DNA of 64,000 bases from an uncultured virus (IMG/VR IMGVR_UViG_3300027708_000002) (taxonomy: Duplodnaviria > Heunggongvirae > Uroviricota > Caudoviricetes): IMG/VR virus record IMGVR_UViG_3300027708_000002; one strand, 5' to 3'. The notes beneath the pieces are model-generated. The model did not search any database, was not told where the DNA came from, and saw nothing but the letters and a program-made list of their open reading frames with translations. The position numbers were made by a program, and so were the translations under genes. Shown here one piece after another: positions 17,335 to 24,084 of the stretch (within the stretch, counting starts at the first letter, position 1; every line of letters starts with the position of its first letter).

Positions 17335-18234
17335 TTACCAGCCCAATGAGGGCAGGGTGTCGATAGTCTTACGCACCTCGTTCACCTTGCGGCGAGTTTC
17401 AGCGCGCAGATATGAGTCCTCACGCAGAGCGTCAGGTGTTATGCCACGCATGGCATCGTCCAAGTCACGTTGTGCCTGAGCCATTGTCGCGTCGCCTGTC
17501 ACGTTGCATGCACCGAGCAGCTCGATCATGTCGTGCACGTTAGACACCAATGAATCACGAAACACCTTCTTTGTCGGGCCGTCAGCGTAGTCGAGGCGCT
17601 CTGACATCTTTGTCAGCGCATCATGTGCCCGTTTCCACACGTCACCCATCGCGGCTTGTAGCTGTTGGGTGTAGTAGCCCTCGTACTGAGAGCGCAGGGC
17701 TTGCTCAGTCTCGTTGCCGATACTCACCCGCCAATCACCTGCATCAGGCAAGGGCATGTAGTTCATCTTGAACCTGAACTTAGATGTCAGGCTGTCAGCC
17801 GTGGGGTACTCGTCAGCATTAAACAATGCGCCGAGCTTGAGTTGTGCGTCCTGCACTTCCCATGAGTACGCATCGAGGAACACATCGACGAGTCGCTTGT
17901 ATTCAGTCTCAAGCGCGGTCATTTCTTGGTGGTACTTGAAGTATTGTGTCGTCGGTAGCAGACGTAAGCCGGTATCGCTCCATGGCATGGTGCATGCATA
18001 GTGCACATTACGTGCGTTAGCCGTGAACTTCTGCACCGCGTCTAGTTCGGCGCAATCACCTAGGAGTTTCTTGCTTACATTAGCCACACCCTTATGGGCG
18101 TTGTTCTGTGACGTGACGTCTTGCGATGCACGTTTGTCGAGCTTGCGCCCTGTCCACACGCCAATAGAAAGTTCAACCAGCATTGCGGCGGTTGAGATGG
18201 ATGGCACAGATGTGCCTGTCGTTGCGTTTGTCAT
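17335..18234 (-). CDS. DUF3150-like helical protein
   Basis: start MTNAT after AAGGAA; W.G.KLD, TMPWSD.G.RLLP, FNADEYP; usual partner of AAA/VWA modules. Confidence 0.6.
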   Translation of the reverse strand: MTNATTGTSVPSISTAAMLVELSIGVWTGRKLDKRASQDVTSQNNAHKGVANVSKKLLGDCAELDAVQKFTANARNVHYACTMPWSDTGLRLLPTTQYFKYHQEMTALETEYKRLVDVFLDAYSWEVQDAQLKLGALFNADEYPTADSLTSKFRFKMNYMPLPDAGDWRVSIGNETEQALRSQYEGYYTQQLQAAMGDVWKRAHDALTKMSERLDYADGPTKKVFRDSLVSNVHDMIELLGACNVTGDATMAQAQRDLDDAMRGITPDALREDSYLRAETRRKVNEVRKTIDTLPSLGW

Positions 18235-18250
18235 TTCAGTTTCCTTGTTT

Positions 18251-18267
18251 GTTAGGGATTCCCTAAC
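18251..18267. promoter_or_regulatory. 17-bp palindrome, copy 4
   Basis: between promoter and RBS. Confidence 0.75.
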
Positions 18268-18315
18268 TGGGTTTGGTTTGTTTATCGACTGAGCGAATTC
18301 CCAGTCGATGGTTGT

Positions 18316-18344
18316 ATTATGACATACTATGTCATGTTTGTCAA
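18316..18344 (-). promoter_or_regulatory. early sigma70 promoter
   Basis: TTGACA-17 bp-CATAAT. Confidence 0.8.
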
Positions 18345-18540
18345 GTGTTTGATACCTTACGGCATCTTCTGATAGTTTAGAATTGTCTGCACTCGTATGT
18401 ATGCACCTCCCCTCTGTAGTCTGTATATGTCTCGCCACATCCGCTTGCCCACTCAAGTATGAATATCAACGCAAGAGCTAGCAAGGCTACACCTATGACG
18501 GCTTGGCCCAAGGCATGGGCTAGTTTTTTAATCAGTCTGA

Positions 18541-18750
18541 TCATGTTGTCCTCTTAGGGTTAAGTTGTTTGAGCATGCTTGCATCGGTAAACAGCATATA
18601 GTTTGACTTGTTCATTGGGGCGATGGTGTGTCGCACCTTCTTGGCGGCTTTCTCTCCGCAGTCAAGGCATGTGGTGTATCCGATTTGGGTACGGGCGGCG
18701 GCTACACGCTGGGCATAACAGCATGTACATATGGGTCGTGTGTACTTCAT
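18541..18750 (-). CDS. DksA/TraR-like Zn-finger small protein
   Basis: CTCC...R...GYTTCLDCGE. Confidence 0.5.
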   Translation of the reverse strand: MKYTRPICTCCYAQRVAAARTQIGYTTCLDCGEKAAKKVRHTIAPMNKSNYMLFTDASMLKQLNPKRTT

Positions 18751-18751
18751 A

Positions 18752-18994
18752 TTAGTCGTTCTCTGCACCGAGATAACACCCTCGGAAAAAGTGCTGTGCG
18801 CCCATTGCGCGGATCGTACCTGTGGCTATGCGTCTAGGCTTACGCCCAGCTTTCCACACACTACGTTCAAACCTCAAACCAGCCACACTATCTGAGCTTA
18901 TGGGTCTAGGTTCACGCCGCTTGGTGCTTGAGCTAAATACATGTTGCACGGTCTTGCGTTGACCTGCGCCCCACTGGTAATTCTTCGTTTTCAT
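18752..18994 (-). CDS. hypothetical protein
   Basis: leader AAGGAGAACGT-ATG; downstream of a promoter. Confidence 0.55.
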   Translation of the reverse strand: MKTKNYQWGAGQRKTVQHVFSSSTKRREPRPISSDSVAGLRFERSVWKAGRKPRRIATGTIRAMGAQHFFRGCYLGAEND

Positions 18995-19009
18995 ACGTTC
19001 TCCTTGTTT

Positions 19010-19026
19010 GTTAGGGAATCCCTAAC
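19010..19026. promoter_or_regulatory. 17-bp palindrome, copy 5
   Basis: GTTAGGGAATCCCTAAC between promoter and RBS. Confidence 0.75.
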
Positions 19027-19086
19027 AGGGTTAAGCCTTGCGGCTGGTTGTTTGTTGAATAGACGAATTCCTACTCAACAGCCTAT

Positions 19087-19115
19087 ACTATAACATAGTA
19101 TGCTACGTTTGTCAA
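19087..19115 (-). promoter_or_regulatory. early sigma70 promoter
   Basis: TTGACA-17 bp-TATAGT. Confidence 0.8.
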
Positions 19116-19136
19116 GTGTTTGACACCTTCTGATAC

Positions 19137-19619
19137 TTATTGATAGTTGAAGTAATCGTGCTCGCCGCCGCTTGAGGAACTGGTATCTACACCATGGCGC
19201 CTTTTGTCGTCGTCGTTCATCACTGCCAATAGATGTTTTGGTATCAATGCACCGTCCTTGGATTCAACGTAGTGCTGCTTCAAGCTTATTCGACCATCGT
19301 CATCTATGATGGCATCTACCCTCTTGGCGTGGTTCTCCCATTGTGGGTGTACGTTTGTGGCTTTGAGGTTTTCGATGCGGGTGTTGGTGCGGTCACCGTC
19401 CACGAACTTGATGAACCTAGGGTTTGCATTGTCAGGGTTGTGCCATGCCCACACTAGGCGATGCATGAGATATGTGCTACCCCCCATCTGCCATTGCTTA
19501 GAGTTGATACGTTTGGCGGCACGTTCGCCTAGGGGTTTAAGTTTGAGGGCTCCGGTCGCTGAGTCGTAAGTGAATGCAATGCGGACTAAGGTCGGGTTGA
19601 TGGGTACTGCTTTTGGCAT
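19137..19619 (-). CDS. HNH endonuclease-like protein (possibly degenerate)
   Basis: FTYDSATG, MHRLVWAWH, DGDRTNTRIENL; usual IDH reads IKF. Confidence 0.7.
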   Translation of the reverse strand: MPKAVPINPTLVRIAFTYDSATGALKLKPLGERAAKRINSKQWQMGGSTYLMHRLVWAWHNPDNANPRFIKFVDGDRTNTRIENLKATNVHPQWENHAKRVDAIIDDDGRISLKQHYVESKDGALIPKHLLAVMNDDDKRRHGVDTSSSSGGEHDYFNYQ

Positions 19620-19637
19620 GGTGGCTCCTTGGTTGGT

Positions 19638-19654
19638 GTTAGGGAATCCCTAAC
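19638..19654. promoter_or_regulatory. 17-bp palindrome, copy 6
   Basis: GTTAGGGAATCCCTAAC upstream of the AAGGAG RBS. Confidence 0.75.
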
Positions 19655-19689
19655 AGGTAACTGAATTGTACGTTTTTAATTGGGGTTTG

Positions 19690-20212
19690 TATTATCAATG
19701 TTCTTGAATGTTCTTGAATGTTCTTTGTTTGGGGTTGTGCAAGTCCTTGATTCATATAGTAAAGTACGATAGTTCCGAAAGTTCGTTGTATTTTGGATAC
19801 ACCCTGTCTAGAAGTGTCCAGTTACCTGCGAACTTTACCTGAAACTAGCTAAACAGGTAATTGGACACCCTCAGACGCTGGGACTCTTTTTCACTAAAAA
19901 CGAACTTTAATACAAATGATAAGAATAGATAAGAATAGATAAAATATGATAGGTATAAAACTTAAGGGATTGCAAAGCTCCTGCACAATCTAATGCAAAA
20001 CTATAAAGTACGTGCGCACAAGAACTTTATGGAACTTCTTAGCTAGCGAAAAGAACTTTATAGGCCAAAAAACGAACTTTATCCAAACTATATTTTCGCA
20101 GCCATTTAAATAAAACGAACAGTACAAGCAGACTAAAAACGAACATTAGAACATTGTGTAGAACGAACAGTATGAGCAGACTAGAAACGAACAGTACGAA
20201 CAGTACGAACTC
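19690..20212. other. candidate replication origin (AT-rich, iterated GAAC motifs, central inverted repeat)
   Basis: (AATGTTCTT)3; stem 19814-19828/19854-19868; repeated GAACTTTA and CGAACAGTA. Confidence 0.5.
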
Positions 20213-20218
20213 GCCGCC

Positions 20219-20449
20219 AAGTCAGTCGTGCCTCCTTCCGCGCTCATCGCCGCTTTAGGAACTGGTATCAGTTGTTAGGGAATCCCTAACAAAGCTGGCG
20301 CTCAACGTGCTCGCCACTAAGTCAGTCGTGCTCATCGCTAAGTCAGTCGTGCCTCCTTCCGCGCTCATCGCTAAGTCAGTCGTGCCTCCTTCCGCGCTCA
20401 ACGCTGCTTCAGGAACTGGTATCAGTTGTTAGGGAGTCCCTAACAAAGT
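20219..20449. repeat. 77-bp direct repeats (20219-20295, 20373-20449) with partial internal copies; contain palindrome copies 7 (20274-20290) and 8 (20428-20444)
   Basis: AAGTCAGTCGTG at 20219, 20319, 20340 and 20373; 4 mismatches between the long copies. Confidence 0.85.
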
Positions 20450-20497
20450 TGTGGTGTGTGGTGGCGTGTATGTGGTGGGTGCAGAAAAGTACAGACG

Positions 20498-20528
20498 AAA
20501 AAAAAGCCCCGACCAAAAGGTCAGGGCT
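20498..20528 (-). terminator. rho-independent terminator
   Basis: AGCCCTGACC-TTTT-GGTCGGGGCT followed by a T run on the minus strand. Confidence 0.75.
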
Positions 20529-20817
20529 CGAATTAAAAAGTGTTAACTCCTTGGTGATATGGTGCAGGGGTAAGACCTGCGACCTTCAATGAAACTAAAT
20601 GGGATACGTGAGTACTGCGCAATGCGCAATGCTTTGCCAACGTGAACCCTCCAAATGTTTACTTTGCCTGTTGTCATATCAACCCCCGAAATATCTGATC
20701 CAGCTTGGTAAGCTGACCAACAACGAAACCGAAAATGTTGCGAGAACTAAAACCCATTCAAAACCGTCCATGTCTATCTCCTTTAAATGCCCCCCTTTCG
20801 GGGGGCGTGGTTGTTAA

Positions 20818-21339
20818 TTAAGCGTTTGCAGGGATACGAGCCAATGCGTTCTGCAAGTCCTTGATGAATGCAGGCATGTCACGTACGGTGGTGCTCTCCT
20901 TCTTTTGCGCTTGACTTATCATTTCAGCAAGCACCTTGCGCTTGGTTGCCTCCCAGCTTGACTTGTCAGCACCAGCACCATCAGACTCAGCACCAGCGTT
21001 CTCACGCCGTGTCAACGCATTGCGCAAGTCTTTGAGCTTCGAGCCGATTTGCTGTTGCCAATTGCGCTTGGTCTCCTTTTGGTTTTCATTCAAACCCTTG
21101 GTGTCCTTCTTCAACAGCGCTTGCACGCTGGCCGAAAAACCCAACACGATGGCGGCCTTAGCACTGTCATACAGCGCAGAGGGCTCACCCTTTGCAGGGG
21201 CACGCAACATGTCAGCAGTAACACCATCAGCGAACAACCCATCGACCGCTTTGGTCATAGTGTTGCCAGTCTTGATAGTGGCAGATGTCCACGCGCCGAT
21301 TGCGTTAACGGTAGCAGTAGATAATTTAATAGAAGCCAT
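20818..21339 (-). CDS. hypothetical first early protein
   Basis: 173 aa, directly after a promoter. Confidence 0.7.
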   Translation of the reverse strand: MASIKLSTATVNAIGAWTSATIKTGNTMTKAVDGLFADGVTADMLRAPAKGEPSALYDSAKAAIVLGFSASVQALLKKDTKGLNENQKETKRNWQQQIGSKLKDLRNALTRRENAGAESDGAGADKSSWEATKRKVLAEMISQAQKKESTTVRDMPAFIKDLQNALARIPANA

Positions 21340-21401
21340 TTCAATTCCCTTTCAAGGATTAATCGGCAGACAATCAATACGTTGTCTGAACCGATGGGTG
21401 T

Positions 21402-21430
21402 AATGTAACAAAGCACAGCACGTTTGTCTA
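21402..21430 (-). promoter_or_regulatory. early sigma70-like promoter
   Basis: TAGACA-17 bp-TACATT; upstream context matches the promoters at 18344 and 19115. Confidence 0.65.
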
Positions 21431-21475
21431 GGTATTGATACGTTTAAATAAGATTAGATAGTTGATCCAATAGTT

Positions 21476-21492
21476 GTTAGGGATTCCCTAAC
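21476..21492. promoter_or_regulatory. 17-bp palindrome, copy 9
   Basis: GTTAGGGATTCCCTAAC. Confidence 0.75.
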
Positions 21493-21746
21493 GTGTTGAT
21501 ATGAAATTGGCGGTATGGTCAACCCACCCGTACCCGACCCCCGCCTTATGGGTTAGGAGTCCCTTGGTCGTATAGGTATGCTATTCCGCACAAGTAAGCC
21601 CCACTCAACGAAATTGGGCTACAAAGACCCATCAATATACGTTTACTCTGCATTTTTATAATGAGGCCCCACCCCCCATAACATCTTTTACGTTATATTT
21701 AAGACCCACCCCCCTCCTATAATGTAAGTACCCCCGGTAGGGAAGT

Positions 21747-21774
21747 TTGACATCCTTTAAAAATGATGTACTAT
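21747..21774 (+). promoter_or_regulatory. promoter for the packaging/structural arm
   Basis: TTGACA-16 bp-TACTAT. Confidence 0.6.
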
Positions 21775-21860
21775 TACGCAGTTGGTGGTGGGTGCTTACT
21801 TGGTGTTAGGGACTCCGTTGGGGGTAGGCATCCATTACCGACACTTCGGTCTACAAGGAC

Positions 21861-22517
21861 TTGCGCACAATGACTATTGAGCTAACACCCGAATTTGGGG
21901 TTGAGATTGTTCCAGATATCCCGTATCTCGATTTGAGAGAACGGGCAGAGGCTGCTTGTCGTTCCATGCTTCTATTAGAAGAACATGGGTTAGAAGTGCC
22001 AGAACCTTCTGAAGAAGATGCCCAGATTGCAGCCACACTGACAACTGCTTACGCCAGCAACCCCCACAACACAAGCGCTGCGGTATCAAACGCCCGTGCT
22101 TCATCACTTACACCCGCCACACTTTTAAACATTCGCTCATATTTAGATGAGTACGGCAAGGCGGTAGTGACCCATGCTATAGAAGTGCGGCAGTTGGTAA
22201 CTAATAGACTATTAGAAGAGTCTCAGAACCCAGACCCAAGAATCCGCATCCGTGCACTAGAACTTTTGGGCAAGCACAGCGACGTGGGGCTCTTTACCGA
22301 CAGGTCAGAAGTGACAATTACCCACCAGTCAACAGACGAATTGAAGGCAAGATTGCGTGCAAAGTTGCAACGCCTTGTCCAAAAACCCGATATTTCGACG
22401 GCAACTGTGGAAATTGGTGGGGACATCATCGACGTAGATGCAGAAATGGGCCTAAAACCCGCGTCAGAACCAGAAACTCCGGCAGTTTTCGTGCCAGAAG
22501 ACAGTTTTGATGACTAA
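21861..22517 (+). CDS. terS: terminase small subunit (putative)
   Basis: directly upstream of TerL; RIRALELLGKH..VGLF motif. Confidence 0.7.
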   Translation: MRTMTIELTPEFGVEIVPDIPYLDLRERAEAACRSMLLLEEHGLEVPEPSEEDAQIAATLTTAYASNPHNTSAAVSNARASSLTPATLLNIRSYLDEYGKAVVTHAIEVRQLVTNRLLEESQNPDPRIRIRALELLGKHSDVGLFTDRSEVTITHQSTDELKARLRAKLQRLVQKPDISTATVEIGGDIIDVDAEMGLKPASEPETPAVFVPEDSFDD

Positions 22518-24072
22518 TTCCTCCAGTTTGAGCGTGGATGACTTTACGGATGAGGAAGTTCAGCTAATGCTGGACAATCTTGACGCTTATGAACCGGAAG
22601 AACAAGCAGAAATTGAGCGAATAGCCGACATTCTTGCAGACCGCAAGACGGCAAAGGCTTGTGCAGACGACTTTATTGAGTTTTGTAAGCACATGCAGCC
22701 AGACTATAAGGTGGGAAAGCACCACCGCAGGTTGGCAGACTTACTTATGGACATCGCTACCGGGGAAAAAGACCGTGTGTGCGTGAACATGCCACCTCGA
22801 CACGGTAAGTCGCAAATGGTGTCTATATATTTCCCGGCATGGTTCCTAGGTAAATACCCTAATAAGAAGGTGCTGATGGTGTCGCACACCACTGACCTCG
22901 CCGTGGACTTTGGCCGCAAGGTTAGGAACATTATTGACTCGGCTGACTATAAGTTAGTGTTTCCTAACGTAAACCTTGCCGCTGATTCTAAGTCCGCAGG
23001 GCGCTGGAGCACTAATTCTGGTGGGGAATACTTCGCTTGCGGCGTTGGTTCTGCGCTGGCTGGCCGTGGTGCTGACTTACTTTTGGTGGACGACCCCCAT
23101 AACGAGCAGGACATCATCAATGGAAACTTTGATGTGTTTGACAAAGCATATGAGTGGTTCACATATGGTGCTCGTACTCGTTTGATGCCGGGTGGGCGTG
23201 TAGCGATTGTGCAAACAAGGTGGCACCAGAACGACCTGAGTGGGCGCGTCATTGGGGATATGACAAAGAACGAGGGTTCTGATCAGTACGATGTGATTGA
23301 GTTCCCCGCCATAGTAGAAGTTCCGCAGTCTGACGGCAGCACCATACAGAAACCCCTGTGGCCTGAGTTTTTTGACATGCCCGCGCTGCTGCGGACTAAG
23401 GCGTCGATGCCTACGTTCCAGTGGAACGCCCAGTACCAGCAAAACCCCACATCAGAAGAAGCCTCGGTTGTCAAGCGGGAGTGGTGGAAAAATTGGGAAA
23501 AGGCAGATCCGCCCAAGTGTGAGTACATCATCATGAGTCTGGACGCCGCAGCGGAAAGCCACAACCGGGCTGACTACACTGCACTGACTACGTGGGGCGT
23601 GTTTTTAAATGAAGAAGAAGGGTGCCACAACATCATCCTCCTGAACTCAATAAAGAAACGTCTGGAGTTTCCCGAGCTTAAAGAGCTTGCATATGCTGAA
23701 TATAGAGAGTGGGAACCCGACGCGTTTATCGTAGAAAAGAAGTCTGCGGGTACGCAGCTTTATCAAGAGATGAGGCGCACCGGCATACCCGTGGGGGAGT
23801 TCACACCACATAGAGGTAGCGGTGACAAACTTGCAAGGTTAAACTCTGTGGCGGATATCGTACGCTCTGGGTTATGCTGGGTGCCTGATACTCGGTGGGC
23901 CGAGGAGGTTGTAGAAGAGATTGCAGGTTTTCCGTTTATGAGTAACGATGACTTGGTGGACTCTACAGTTATGGCACTAATGAGATTCCGAGCAGGTGGG
24001 TTTATTCGCCTACCGTCCGATGAAGCAGATGAGATCAGGTATTTCAAACAACGCCAAGGCGGTTATTACTGA
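22507..24072 (+). CDS. terL: terminase large subunit
   Basis: PPRHGKS, LLVDDP, QTRWH, SLDAA..DYTA, DDLVDS. Confidence 0.95.
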   Translation: MMTNSSSLSVDDFTDEEVQLMLDNLDAYEPEEQAEIERIADILADRKTAKACADDFIEFCKHMQPDYKVGKHHRRLADLLMDIATGEKDRVCVNMPPRHGKSQMVSIYFPAWFLGKYPNKKVLMVSHTTDLAVDFGRKVRNIIDSADYKLVFPNVNLAADSKSAGRWSTNSGGEYFACGVGSALAGRGADLLLVDDPHNEQDIINGNFDVFDKAYEWFTYGARTRLMPGGRVAIVQTRWHQNDLSGRVIGDMTKNEGSDQYDVIEFPAIVEVPQSDGSTIQKPLWPEFFDMPALLRTKASMPTFQWNAQYQQNPTSEEASVVKREWWKNWEKADPPKCEYIIMSLDAAAESHNRADYTALTTWGVFLNEEEGCHNIILLNSIKKRLEFPELKELAYAEYREWEPDAFIVEKKSAGTQLYQEMRRTGIPVGEFTPHRGSGDKLARLNSVADIVRSGLCWVPDTRWAEEVVEEIAGFPFMSNDDLVDSTVMALMRFRAGGFIRLPSDEADEIRYFKQRQGGYY

Positions 24073-24084
24073 AAAGGATAGATC

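Noticed and set aside
18235..18456. N-terminal extension of the 17335 ORF given in the ORF track
   Set aside because: It runs through the promoter, hairpin and palindrome; the RBS supports a start at 18234.
20219..20449. Possible mini-CRISPR array
   Set aside because: The units are irregular and nested, with no unique equal-length spacers. The only Cas4-like gene is an ordinary phage exonuclease.
14588..21492. TTAGGG/CCCTAA telomere-like or parS identity of the palindrome
   Set aside because: Single hexamers only, no match to the parS consensus, and no protelomerase or ParAB genes seen.
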